A stretch of 63,410 bases of DNA, counting the filler, from Octopus bimaculoides (taxonomy: Eukaryota), in the NCBI RefSeq assembly GCF_001194135.2. It is 7 parts of 6 records of this genome, joined end to end, with 100 filler letters (N's around TTAATTAATTAA, not from the genome) between each part and the next. Parts side by side here need not be neighbours in the genome. Positions count along the whole stretch, not along the records: positions 22,624 to 40,560 come from NC_068984.1; 6 more parts are not named here. One strand, written 5' to 3'. This document shows, piece by piece, positions 26,198 through 38,824 of the stretch; the first letter of the stretch is position 1; every line of letters starts with the position of its first letter. Under the pieces are notes generated by a model. That model had not been told where the DNA came from. It saw nothing but the letters and a program-made list of their open reading frames with translations, and did no database searches. Both the position numbers and the translations under genes were made by a program.

Positions 26198-27321
26198 AGA
26201 GTTGGAGAGTTTGTGCCAGCGATTAAGAGGGATATGCTGAGAGACATAGACAAATCAAATATACTCAGACACACAAATGAAAGTCTATACAGTAATTCTA
26301 CAGCGTGATACTTTGCTCAACATAGCCAACATCACATCATCTTTAAAGTTCAATGAATTATTAATCAATATCCAGTTAATCTCAGCAGGAGAGATAAGTT
26401 ATCTGTGTTAAGGCATAAACTAACTACGAGCTGTCTTCAAATACTTCGCCACTTAATAAGTTTTCAATGTATATAACACAATTGAAATCTTGGAGATAGT
26501 ATCAGACCAATCTCGCATAATATATTGATTTGTTGGTACGCACTCAAGCATTCACTGTACAAAGGATAAGTTCACGAGTCTCGCCCATTCTACAAGAAGC
26601 TATAAAGGTAGCGATCTTGATTGAAAATATGCTGTGGCTGAATATTTCATTTCAGCATTCGGGGCTTTCGCACGGTCCTAATTAAGATATATGGAGTGAA
26701 ACAGTTTGCACAAAGATAGTTTAATAGGAAATAAAATATTACATAAATATTTAATCAGCTTTGATTCAATTTTATATCTTGAAGCAATAAAGAAACGGAT
26801 ATTGAAATTGTCAAGAAATTCCACTATACCGTTCAACTTAATATCTGTCTTTGTTATAAGGTGTGTTTAGGCTCTCCTAAAGATCAATATCAAATATCAA
26901 CAATGTAAAGAGGTTTCAATAGAAAGAAATTTAAAATATTGCTGTTATAATAAATGTACATTGTAGTCTTTTATGTAAAATAATTTCCCTATTTTATTGC
27001 GTGGGTGGCAGCAAATTCATGGTGCTGACAAGAGGTTTCGGAAGACATATAATGGTAGGAATTTTATTGGCAGTACATAAGGTATCTCGCATTTGAAATA
27101 ACAATTGACGACCCAACAAAACATATAGAGAAACTCTATTAAAACAGATTCAACTTCGTCACCCGATCTGTTCAAAGTATCGACAAATATTTTCTCTAAT
27201 CAGAAAATGTATATGCCAAAACAAAGGAAGAGAACAAGACCATACTTACAACAAAGCCTATAGAAACAAAATATATATGCTTTATGCACACACATGCGTG
27301 CGCACACATGTTCTATTTCTT

Positions 27322-27468
27322 CTAGCGGTTCGGCAAAAGTGACAGATAGAGTAAGTACTAGGCTCACAAAGAATACATCCTGGGGGCAATTTGTTTGACT
27401 AAAGGTGTTGCTCCAGCATGGCTGCAGACAAATGACCGAAACGAATAAAAGATAAAAGGATAAACTCT
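27322..27468 (+). mobile_element. SINE family A, 3' half
   Basis: TAGCGGTTCGGCAAAAG...CTCCAGCATGGCTGCAGACAAATGACCGAAAC. Confidence 0.8.
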
Positions 27469-27913
27469 GCGATAATATGAACGATGCAGTCCTCCTGCAG
27501 CAGGAGAAATCTCCACCAGGGCAAATCAAAGAATCCAACAAATCAAGGTTTACGTTGGTCACCAAAGCCTCGAGCTCTTGCGCAAATGGTTTTCTCTGAT
27601 ATACAGGCGTGCACGTAGAGTAAGTGCATTCGCCCTAAACATCTTAGCCGCAGTCACCATCTCATCACAAATTCTTTGGTAGGTAGTATTCTTCTCTTCA
27701 CCCTCACTTTCCATTCTAAGTAGATATTTAAAGCCTCCTTGTTGGCTTGACAGAAGAGGAAAGTATCTCACCTCATTTTTTTCAATTTCGGTCACCTCGC
27801 AACCTCTTTCACCAGGCCAACTCGTATAAGGACAATTAACCCCCTAGGACAATTCCTCCCGATGACGACTACGCCTTAGGGCAATTAAATGCCACCCCCC
27901 CATGTTAATTACT

Positions 27914-28227
27914 CCCTTTCCAGCATATTAGAAATTCTCTTAGCCCCCTGTGGGGCATAGGGCCTGTTTCCCGGTTTCAATGGCGTATGCGTCCCGCCCT
28001 CCCAGCTGGACGGGTCGGCAGTCCATCGCAGCTTTTTACTCAAGAAACTGGAAGAAAGAGTGAGAGAATGTTGTGGCGAAAGAGTACAACAAGGGTCGCC
28101 ACCATCCCTCGTGGAGCTTCTGGTATTTTCGCTCAATAAACACACACAACGCTCGGTCTGTGAATCGAAACCGCGATCCTCCGAGCGCGAGTCCGCTGCT
28201 CTAACCACTGGGACATTGCGCCTCCAC
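27914..28227 (-). mobile_element. tRNA-derived SINE (family C-like head, different body)
   Basis: Minus: GTGGAGGCGCAATGTCCCAGTGGTTAGAGCAGCGGACTCG...GGTTTCGATTCAC (A/B boxes). Confidence 0.8.
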
Positions 28228-28718
28228 TTCCGACATTTTAAGAAGTTCTAAATCATCATCTGTTGGCCTCAGTGATAATTGCCTTTGGGTGGGGTTATTG
28301 TCCATGGGATGTAAATGTCCCCAGACTACCAACTAGCCAGAAGAACACCGCCTGCCCTGCCATACTGAAGGTGGCTGTCAGGGAGATACCCACGATGGAT
28401 TTGGCGGGTAGTCGGATTTGTGTCACACGCAGTAACTATTCGACTTAAGTACACAGGTCAGCAATACTTGGACACCGTCCAGTTGAGTGCTGTACGGGCT
28501 TCTTCGCATCGCCTCGCACATGGGACAGTCCCTTCTGGAGGCATTTCTAGCTATGTGTAGTATATTTTGAACCAGCAGTGTTTCTTGGTAGCCCTGTCAG
28601 GTCAGAGAGATTGCTGGAAATTATCCGTGGTAGGACTGGATTGCCCGGCTAGGAAAGAAGAGTAGCGCCTAGCAAGTGTCCGAGTAAAAACGGCATTGAT
28701 TAAAGTGATGGTGAAGAC

Positions 28719-28719
<1 letters not shown>

Positions 28720-28771
<52 letters not shown>

Positions 28772-28851
28772 CGGTGGGGGCGACGACGACAAGGACCACG
28801 ACGACTCCGACGATGATGATGATGATGATGACGATGACGATGATGATGAAA

Positions 28852-28896
<45 letters not shown>

Positions 28897-28915
28897 GTGA
28901 TGATGATGGTGATGG

Positions 28916-28959
<44 letters not shown>

Positions 28960-29090
28960 GTGATGGTGATGATGATGATGATGATAATGATGACGACAAT
29001 GACGACAATGACGATGATGATGATGATGATGATAATGATGATGATGATGATGATGATGACGACGACGATGATGGTGACGACGATGGTGAT
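28720..29090. repeat. (GAT)n compound microsatellite
   Basis: Direct reading. Confidence 0.9.
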
Positions 29091-30102
29091 GATATGTTGA
29101 TGAAAATAGCATTTGAAAACCAAAATTTCATTTTGCAATAATTTTTCATTTCATTTTTCTATTTTGTTTTGTTTTTCTTTTTTCTTTTTCTCTTTTTTTT
29201 TCTATTCGTTTTCATATCGGAACATTTTCTTTTTTTAATTAAAAAATTACGATAAATTTTGCTATTTGTCTTATATTACAATTTTACATTTTTTCGATTT
29301 TTTTTTCTTTCTTCATTTCAAAAACTTATATTATTCATAAACAATATTATTATATGTTTGTTCCAGATTTATTCTGGTGTGGTTTGAATGAGATTAGTTC
29401 TGTTTTTGTTTTTACTTTATATCGGTTTTCTTTTTATTATATTTACACAATTTTTATATTGCTATGTTTACCATATAGATATTTGTAAATGTGTATTTTC
29501 CTGTGGTTTATGATTAAATGTTTAGCTTCTACGCAGGTGTAATATGTCCGATATTTCGGCGTTATGTATATGTGCGTTACATATAAATGTGTATATGTAG
29601 AAAATAGACGCTCATTGTGGCTATGCGTATATATTCGTATCTGTTTGAATATGTGTGTTAACGTAGGTGAACAACAAAGCGTAAAGACCGCTGGGTTTTG
29701 GCGCCTTCAGTCTCTCTCTGTTGTACGTCTCTGTGTTATCAAACCTAAAACATTAATTGAATGCGTTTACAATGTGCATTATCTGCTCTGTGATTATTCC
29801 GATGTAAAGAGCACACCCTACTCCACCCGCACCCCCACCCCACCCCCGCTCCTACTTTTATTCGCCATGATTGTGGATGACAGGCCAATAACACAGAGTA
29901 CGGCGAAATTTATAAACGCTCAAATAATACAAGCTACACACACGCTCCTTCAGATGATNNNNNNNNNNNNNNNNNNNNNNNNNNNNNNNNNNNNNNNNNN
30001 NNNNNNNNNNNNNNNNNNNNNNNNNNNNNNNNNNNNNNNNNNNNNNNNNNNNNNNNNNNNNNNNNNNNNNNNNNNNNNNNNNNNNNNNNNNNNNNNNNNN
30101 NN

Positions 30103-30160
<58 letters not shown>

Positions 30161-30844
30161 TATATGCTATATACATGCATGCTTACATATACATGTTTAT
30201 GTGTGTGTGTATGAATGTATATGTAGATTTATATAACACATACATGCATATATGTACGGTTACATACACATACGTGTATGGTTTTATATATATATATATA
30301 TATATACGCGTGTGTGTGTGTTTGTGTGCGTGTGTGTGCAATCGTGCATACACACCCACACATATATATATTATATAAATGCATGTATTCCTTCATATAC
30401 GCGTATATATGTACATTTATACGTGTGTGCGAGTGTATGTATAATTGATATATGTAGATATATACACACGCATATTTGTCCACACAAACAAACAAAAACA
30501 CACACACAGATATGTACAAACCTACACACACACACACACACGTACATATATTTCTCTGCGTGTCTGTATGGAGAAAGCGAAAGAGCGTTTAGAGACCTAG
30601 GTGGGATTGGCATAGTCTAATGATCTGTCTAATGTATCGTTGTTTTTTTGCTTTTTTCATTTCTTTGCTAAATATGGCACCTGGGACTGTTCTAAGTCAG
30701 TAAGTATGTGCGCTGTTCTTGTTTTCTTTACCATGTCTCCAATGTGAGCTTTAAACTCGTCAGATGTGTTGTAACTAAAATATGAGTGTGTGTTTAAGTT
30801 TGCGATTTTCTTACGTGTGTCCTTTGTAACAGAAATACGGAACT

Positions 30845-31096
30845 TGGTGCAGTTACGAGATTGTGGCCAAGGTGGAGCACTGCCTTAAATTGTTTAGTCA
30901 AACAAATCGCCCTCAGTAATTATATATTTTTTTAAAATTTGTCACTCATTGTATTTGCTTCTTTTGCAGAAACTCCAAATTAAGTAGACATAAAGAAATA
31001 AACACCGGTTATCAAGCAGTGATAGTGATTGACAAACACAGGCACACTGACTTTTATTCATATATATATATATACATTTATCTATCTATCTGTCTG

Positions 31097-31178
<82 letters not shown>

Positions 31179-31272
31179 GTCTATCTATCTATTATCTATT
31201 TATCTATCTATCTATCTATCTATCTATCCATCTATCTATCTATCTGTCTATATGTCTATTTGTCTATTTGTC

Positions 31273-31319
<47 letters not shown>

Positions 31320-31480
31320 GTGTGTGTTATAAATAACAGTTTCCTTCTACCAAATCCAATCATAAGGCATTGGTCGACCAGGAGTTATTATAGAACACAT
31401 TTCCCTACATTGCGTGCGCAATGGGGCTGAACCACGAACCACCTGTTTGCAGAGCGAATTTCTTAAGCACACACCCATGC
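30845..31480 (-). mobile_element. Diverged family-A SINE with expanded internal (ATCT)n
   Basis: 3' part GGAGCACTGCCTT...GTCAAACAAATCG and 5' part CTACCAAATCC...GGTCGACCAGG...GAACCAC flank (ATCT)n at ~31078-31270. Confidence 0.65.
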
Positions 31481-31528
31481 CTTTTCGGTATTTCACCGAA
31501 TTGTTCTACTCCGAAAGCATTGGTTATA

Positions 31529-31828
31529 GGAACTGGCACTTCGTGTGTTACGACAGCGGGGGTTACAGTTGCGTCGACCAACGGAAGAGCTCGCTCGTGG
31601 AATTAACGTGCTAATGGCTGAACATTCCACAGATACGTGTTCCCAGCGTGACACAGATTGTGACAAGTCTGACAGTTTGGCATAGAGGTACAACTCATTT
31701 TTGCTAGAAGAATGGAATGGAGCCACGTGAAATAAAGTGTCCTGCTCAAGGACACAACTCGGTGTCAGAATAAAACTCAAGACCATACGATCGTCTGCTG
31801 TATTTCCTAACCATGATGCCACGTTCCT
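31529..31828 (-). mobile_element. tRNA-derived SINE family C-like
   Basis: GTGAAATAAAGTGTCCTGCTCAAGGACACAAC is the reverse complement of the family-C core. Confidence 0.7.
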
Positions 31829-32501
31829 TCACCCTGGTACTACAAATACATAACATATCAATCTTTATCCACTTCACTTGCCTTATCTCCCTTTATGAAA
31901 ACTGCATTTGTATAATTTTAGAATGAACGTGTGGTGCATTTTGTTCTATTAAAACTGTATAAAGGTTCGATAACAAATAAGAACAATGAAAAATGGAAAG
32001 TTGAGTAATCTATATATATATAAACATATATTTCAGGTACAAACGCCCATCACTGGCTCTTCGTTTCCATAATTTATCCTTTTATTTCTGCTTTGCAATG
32101 CTTCAAGTAAAGTACAAAGATCTTCTAGAGTAGAGAAAAACGTGGCTAAATTTACCGTCCAGACTTTTGTCGTCGCTGTTGTTAATATTGTTGATGTTGT
32201 TGTTGCAGTTTTCTTTTATATTGTTTGTTGCAGTTACCGTTTGTATCGTTGGTTGTCGTTGTCCTTGTTGTTGTTGTTGTGGTTAATGTGCTGCGAGATG
32301 TAAAATGCGTCGCTAAGATAATATTATATCATTCAAGGGCGAACTTTAGAAACCGAACGAGTATTGAAGACATGTTCTACTTCTACATCATACTTATATA
32401 AATTGAGTTTATCTTGAAAGCTTCCAAGTAACGGAGAAAGAGAGACAGTCAGGTAGACAGAAGACAGACAGACAGACAAAGAAACATATAGATAGATGGA
32501 C

Positions 32502-32533
<32 letters not shown>

Positions 32534-32800
32534 GAAGAGAGAGAGACAGTTCGAGAAAGAGAGACGGGGAGGGGAAATAAATTTTGTAACTTCGAATGAG
32601 ACTGCGTTCTGTTTAGGATTTGTTTTTATCTGGAATAACTCCAAACAAAGAAAATATCGCCCAGAGTTATCATTCAATTGTGTCTCATAGATAACTGTGT
32701 TTTATTTATCAATAACAAAGTAATTACTTAATAATCTTCTGTAATTTATATTATTTATATTCATAGATTAAAATATATAAAAAAATGTTGTCTCTTTTCG

Positions 32801-33228
32801 GTGTGTTGGTCTTTACGAAGGCAGCGCGCTAAGCGGCATTTCGTCCCTCTTAGTGTTCTGAGTTCAAACTCTGCCGAGGTCGACTTTACCTGTTATCCTT
32901 TTAGGACCGATAAAATAAATACCAGCTGAGCACTGTGATCGATGTAACCGTATTATCCCTCCATTAAAACTGCTCGCCTTGTGTCAAAATCTAAAATAAA
33001 TGCACTTCTTTTAAGGCGACGAGTTGGCAGAGTCATTAGCACGCCAGGCAAAATGCTTAGCGGCACTTCGTCCGTCTTTATGTTCTGAGTTCAAATTCCG
33101 CCGGGGTCGGCTTTGCTTATCATTCTTTCGGGGGTCAATAAAATAAGTACCAGTTGAATATTGGGGCCGTTGCAATCGACCACTCCCTCTCTCTTAAAAT
33201 TTTAAACCTTGTACGTAATGTAGAAAGG
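32801..33228 (+). mobile_element. Two tandem family-B SINE copies (~32801-32997, ~33013-33228)
   Basis: Both contain TCTGAGTTCAAA(C/T)TC(T/C)GCCG...ATAAAATAA(A/G)TACCAG. Confidence 0.8.
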
Positions 33229-34394
33229 ATTTATACATTTGTTACCACAATATACATTTGTTTCTTCGCCTGCCTAAAATATAAAATGTGCTGATTACCA
33301 ATATTGTCCTAAAAACGAAAAAATAAACCGGTTATACTTGTCAAAGGAGTCGCAACGGCTGCGGCAGCGGAACAACGCGCGACTGCCGAAGCCCCTATAA
33401 CCTCCGCGACGGCCGGAGGCGCTGGCGGACGCGAGAGAGGAAAGGAGGACGAGAGAGATACAGTCCAGCTAAGGGTTTAAAGTTTTCCATATTGTCACAA
33501 GAAGTGATATGTGGAGGACACGGCTCTAATGTTGTCAGAACAATCTAGGTTCGTCATGTAGAATTATTTTTCAACTGTTTCACTAGTCAGAGAGTTCAAA
33601 GGAAACTGTCTGTCTGTCTGTCTATCCATCGATCTATCTATGTAGGTATCTCTCTTCTATCTATATATGCACATATATCTATAAATGTGTTTACAGATAT
33701 ATGTGTGAGTATGCGTGTGAAGGGGATGTGTGTGCGCGTGCGTGCTCATATATGTATGAATCGCCGCACGAAATTTGGTTTTCCTTTCTAGATCACCAAG
33801 TGTGAAAATCAGAGTATGTACTAACATAGTATTTGCAATTATATCTCTAATTTAACATATTTTTAAATACAATTTTCTTCACTTACAATTGTTATAAAAA
33901 ATATTTTCCTTGCTAGAGATATCTAAATAATCTTCTATTACATTATTTCATCTCTCTCTAAACGCCGTCGAAATACATATATAACTACATGAACTGAACA
34001 CTGCTGATTTCTTCGTTGTAGGAAATAAATAACGTGAGACATTGTATACGTATCAAATTGCCGCTGGTGTCGTTCTCCTGTTATTGCAAATATCATGATA
34101 TAAATTGACAGAATACTGTTCTTTGCTCGAAAACGTTAAATAAATTTTGTATCAACTGAGTTAATGATTAGCATGCCCGCGGTAGCTAAATATTTCGCAA
34201 TCACGAAAGTTTAACACCGACAATTACTACAGATCCACTACCTTGTAAACATATATTTACATTCGCATACAGATGTTTAATTCATACTTATATTAAATAT
34301 ATAGCATGCTAGCGATATTAAATATGTAAAAGAACACATAGGTCTGATATAAGGACTATGATATTCGGTTAAAATTAATGATATGCCCACCGTC

Positions 34395-34640
34395 ATAATA
34401 CGTATTGGTTAAGATCACGAGCTACTAACCCCAATATTCCGAGTTCGATTCCAGGCAGTGACCTGAATAATAGTAATAATAATAATAATAATAATAACAA
34501 CAACAACGAAAAATACCTTAGGAATGAGAACCCAGGTTCGAAATTTCCCCAAGACACCTGATGAAGGCTGGAAGGTATATCAGCTGACACGTTAACAACA
34601 AACAAGATAAGGACAACTATCCGTCAAATGTAAATAATCT
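34395..34640 (+). mobile_element. SINE-like composite: tRNA-like head + (AAT)n + tail containing a hammerhead-like core
   Basis: A-box-like TGGTTAAGATC (34406), B box GAGTTCGATTCC (34441-34452), (AAT)n, then GACAC CTGATGA A GGCTG gaaggtatat CAGCT GACAC GTT (34553-34593). Confidence 0.55.
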
Positions 34641-34671
34641 AATTACATTTCTTTAAAAGAAATATAAAATT

Positions 34672-35044
34672 CTTTCGTACTCTAAGCACAATGCCCGAAA
34701 ATTTTGTGGGGAGTGGGCCAGTCGATTAGATCGACACCAGTATGCAACTGGTACTTATTTTATCGACCCCGAAAGAATGAAAGGCAAAGTTGACCTCGAT
34801 GGAATTTGAACTCAGAACGTAAAGACAGACGAACGCCCGGCCTGCTAACGTTTCTTATTTCTTTATTGGCCACAAGGGACTAAACATAGAGGGGACAATC
34901 ATGGACAGGCAAAGGGATTAAGTCGATTACATCGACCCCCAATGCGTAGCTGGTACTTAATTTATCGACCCCAAAAGGATGAAAGGCAAAGTCGACCTCG
35001 GCAGAATTCGAACTCAGAACGTAACAGCAGATGAAATATCGGTA
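34672..35044 (-). mobile_element. Two tandem family-B SINE copies (34672-34854, 34855-35044)
   Basis: Each has TATCGACCCC(G/A)AAAG(A/G)ATGAAAGGCAAAGT(T/C)GACCTCG...GAACTCAGAACGTAA. Confidence 0.85.
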
Positions 35045-35072
35045 AAAAAGAAATATAAAATTAAATAAGTGA

Positions 35073-35354
35073 AGGGGTGGCTGTGTAGTAAAATACGTCA
35101 TTCCCAACCAATGTGGTCTTGGGTTCAATCTCACACCGCAGCAACTGTGGATCCGGGCTATATGTGTGTGTGTGCGCGCGTTTGTCCGCCCAATATCGCT
35201 TGACAACTGATACTGATGTGTTTGCGTCCCCGTAACTTAGCGGTTCGACAAAAGGGACAGACAGAATAAGCACTAGGCTTACAAAGAATAAGTTCGACTA
35301 AATGCGGCGCTCCAGCATGGCCGTAGTCTGATGTCTGAAACAACTAACAGAATG
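35073..35354 (+). mobile_element. SINE family A, internally deleted
   Basis: GGTGGCTGTGTAGTAA head joined to the 3' half ATATCGCTTGACAAC...CTCCAGCATGGCCG. Confidence 0.8.
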
Positions 35355-35574
35355 CACACACACACACACACANNNNNNNNNNATATATATGCATGTATGT
35401 TTGAATGTATATGTCTCTAACTGTGTCGAGTTTGTCCCACCCTACCACATGACAACCGGTTTTAGTTTATTTACATACCCGTAAATTGATGACTAAACCA
35501 AATAAACCGATAGCTGAAGATTTTCCGCAACACGAGTCTCCGATAGTCAAACCGAGTGTTGAAAGACAACAATA

Positions 35575-36075
35575 GGATCGATCTTTGGATCTCGCATTAA
35601 TTGAATGAGGCTAACCTTACCAAATGGATTTCGTTGCAGTTGTGGAAAGGAAACGATTCTTTTGAAGAGAGTGGGGACAGGTGACGAAAGACGTATTGTT
35701 ACATGGCAATGTAAAGTGCAAATGATCATGCGAAAAGCACGACCAACTATCATAAAGAGCCTCAAAAAAAGGACTCATCCGAAGAAAGTTATGCTCTCAA
35801 TTGGGTGGCATTTCAAGTATATGGACCTATACTAGCTTATTCTCACTGATAGGACCATAATTTCGGAGGTATACTCTAACAAGTTACACAAATTAAACAC
35901 AGCGGTCCAACAGAGACATCCAGCACTTGCTAATACTGAGGGCATCGTCTTTCATAATGACAATGCCAAACCACACACTTCTTTTCAGATATGGTTGGGA
36001 TGATTTGCTGCCCCCTCCATATTCACCCAACCTTGCTCCGTCTGATTCCTGCCTGTTTTGGTCGCTTGAAATTTA
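35575..36075 (+). pseudogene. Degenerate mariner transposase (mellifera-subfamily-like), catalytic part
   Basis: LWISH*L..., LLKRVGTGDE, HPKKVMLSIGW, DRTIISEVYSNKLHKLNTAVQQRHPALANTEGIVFHNDNAKPHTS, PPYSPNLAPSD; stops, frameshifts and a deletion. Confidence 0.85.
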
Positions 36076-36339
36076 ATAGAATGGACAGACATTCAGGTTT
36101 GAAGAGGGATGTCAAAATTCATGTAGTTATCTCAATGAATGAATAAATGGATTTTAGTTTCGATTTAAAAGCCAAACGGATATCAAAGTAAGAAAAGAAT
36201 ACAACAAGAATTTATATAAAATAATAAGAAACATATATACCTACATTTAAAGAGACAGGGTATTAAAAGTTGAGGTAGGGAAGAGATTAAGGTAACCCGA
36301 AAAGAGGAGGTAGTAGGTATAGGCATAGTGAGGGTAAAA

Positions 36340-36388
<49 letters not shown>

Positions 36389-36644
36389 NNNNNNNNNNNN
36401 NNNNNNNNNNNNNNNNNNNNNNNNNNNNNNNNNNNNNNNNNNNNNNNNNNNNNNNNNNNNNNNNNNNNNNNNNNNNNNNNNNNNNNNNNNNNNNNNNNNN
36501 NNNNNNNNNNNNNNNNNNNNNNNNNNNNNNNNNNNNNNNNNNNNNNNNNNNNNNNNNNNNNNNNNNNNNNNNNNNNNNNNNNNNNNNNNNNNNNNNNNNN
36601 NNNNNNNNNNNNNNNNNNNNNNNNNNNNNNNNNNNNNNNNNNNN

Positions 36645-36689
<45 letters not shown>

Positions 36690-36698
36690 TTCATATAC

Positions 36699-36738
<40 letters not shown>

Positions 36739-37683
36739 ATGTATATGGTGTAACTTATATTTGATATACGATGTTAGTATACCACTTCTCTTATGCAACT
36801 GTACATCCAACCTAAGAGACAGACTACTCATTCAGTCACAATATCATCTTCAATATTTTTAACCATAAAACACAATCTACATATAATACACTCTATATAT
36901 TATATTTATCATTGTTTTGTCTATTTTGTTGTTAGATTTCTTACCTTGCTAATATTTTATGTCCACAAAATACCATTAACTTGATTAAACAGTAACGCAG
37001 ATTCGACAGAATGGAAAGAAAATAAATATTGACTAAATAAATATAGAAATACCGGTATGGTAACCAAAAAATAATATATATTGCTTGTGTATGTAATTAT
37101 AGTCGTAAATATATATTTTACGGACATGGTGTTTATAACAGCAATTATATCAACAATGGTCAGCTTATATTAATTATCTAGACGTCTTCCCTTATAAGAC
37201 ATGCGAGCTTTGACATAAAGTTCATCAGAAATATTGATTTCTTATATCTACCTACTCTGTATCTATTTGGAAGGAACGGAATTCTTGTATTCTTTCTATT
37301 TCATGTCTGCATCATTTAGAGTGGACTTCGATAATGTTTCCCAACTTTCAGGATAGTGTTGTTAAACCGAGCTTCGATTAAAAACAAAAAGAAAAAGAAT
37401 AGACGAATATCTCTATCCTAGACGGGTTTCCGTCCAATCTCTTTTTACCAAATTTTTTTCGCATATCTTTGTACTATTAAAAAAAAATATATATGATAGA
37501 AAACAAAACACATGCAATGTTTGCTGGAGTGCATGGATGAACTGAAGACCACATCTTTGTGAAGCAAATTTGTCTATCACTGGATTCATACGCGCGTATA
37601 TGTGTATATAAACAACTACCATTAACCTGTGATTGAGAAGTAATATACGCATAGACACGCACACACAGACACACACACAGACA

Positions 37684-37719
<36 letters not shown>

Positions 37720-38182
37720 TATCTTCGTTTTCCTTGAATCATTTACAACTAATATATCACAACCAAAGAAAAATTACTCTTAAATAGTACTGAAAGTTTG
37801 AAACAGCTGTAGCGATCAAAGCAGCAACAGTAGTCACATAGTTTGGTAATCATATATGATTGCATAATATTGAGTTTGTTACATGAACGATGCCTTGCCG
37901 CTTTTCACAATCCAGTAAGTTTATAGAAGAATCGTATAATTTATCACACCTAACCATTTATATGAAATTTGGTTCGAATCGGCATCACACTTAAAGAACT
38001 GTAACAAATACTAAATTTATGCTATATTGATATCTTCATCACCTTTCTTGTCTTCATATGCGTATATGTTCGTACACACACATACACACGCGTACAAACA
38101 CACACATATATCTATTATGCATATGCCTATTTATTTCTAAATCTCTGAACGAGAAACATTCACTAACATTACTCTAAAGTAA

Positions 38183-38308
38183 AGATTATTTCCCAACATA
38201 ATGTGGCAGTCCTGAATAGGACGAATGTTTCTGTCATTTAGCCTCAGGGCTAAATAACAGCGACATTCGTCCTAATCAGGACTGCTACATTATGTTGGAA
38301 AATAATCT
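38183..38308. repeat. 126-bp foldback (61-bp arms, 4-nt loop)
   Basis: Arms 38183-38243 and 38248-38308 are reverse complements with about 6 substitutions; loop TCAG. Confidence 0.9.
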
Positions 38309-38323
38309 GACATATATATACAT

Positions 38324-38356
<33 letters not shown>

Positions 38357-38673
38357 TATATATATNNNNNNNNNNNNNNNNNNNNNNNNNNNNNNNNNNN
38401 NNNNNNNNNNTATATATATAATCTTAGTATATTAAACAGAATTCGTGTGTGTGTGCGTGTGCGCGCGCGTATTTTCGTTATGGTTTCAAAAATCGAGTTG
38501 CCGATTATGACCTATGAGGTATCAAAAGATTCAGTAATCTTTCAGCTACCAAATAAAGTATGTTTTTTTGTTTTTTTTTGCACAACGACTCTTTTCTTAC
38601 TACAAAAATAACCTTGAACACGAGGTCGGATCGCCCGATTTTGAGGTTTTTAACAAAGGGAGGCAACTCTGCC

Positions 38674-38740
38674 TTATATCTTACTTAGCTTTATATCTTA
38701 CATAGCTTTATATTTTACATAGCTTTATATCTTACATAGA
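38674..38740. repeat. 17-bp tandem repeat x4
   Basis: TTATAT(C/T)TTAC(T/A)TAGCT units at 38674, 38691, 38708 and 38725. Confidence 0.85.
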
Positions 38741-38824
38741 GCATAATGAGAAAATGTTTAAAATACATAGAGATTTACCAGTAAGTGAAAGTTCGAAGAT
38801 ATACCGTCAACTTTATTAGTACTA

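Noticed and set aside
26520-26680. Possible decayed hAT (Buster/Charlie) transposase fragment (LVRTQAF...ILQEAIKVAILI)
   Set aside because: The resemblance is short, and downstream frames do not continue the expected motifs.
30740-30775. CTGACGA with a short hairpin on minus (similar weak cases at ~49930-49965 and ~55345-55380)
   Set aside because: Each needs an assumed deletion or several substitutions to become a HHR; within chance expectation.
37195-37400. Penelope-like 3' end with CTGATGA-ACTTT/AAAG hairpin on minus (FNRSSV*QHYPESWETL upstream)
   Set aside because: GAAA is absent and stem I does not pair; possibly a deleted HHR but not supportable.
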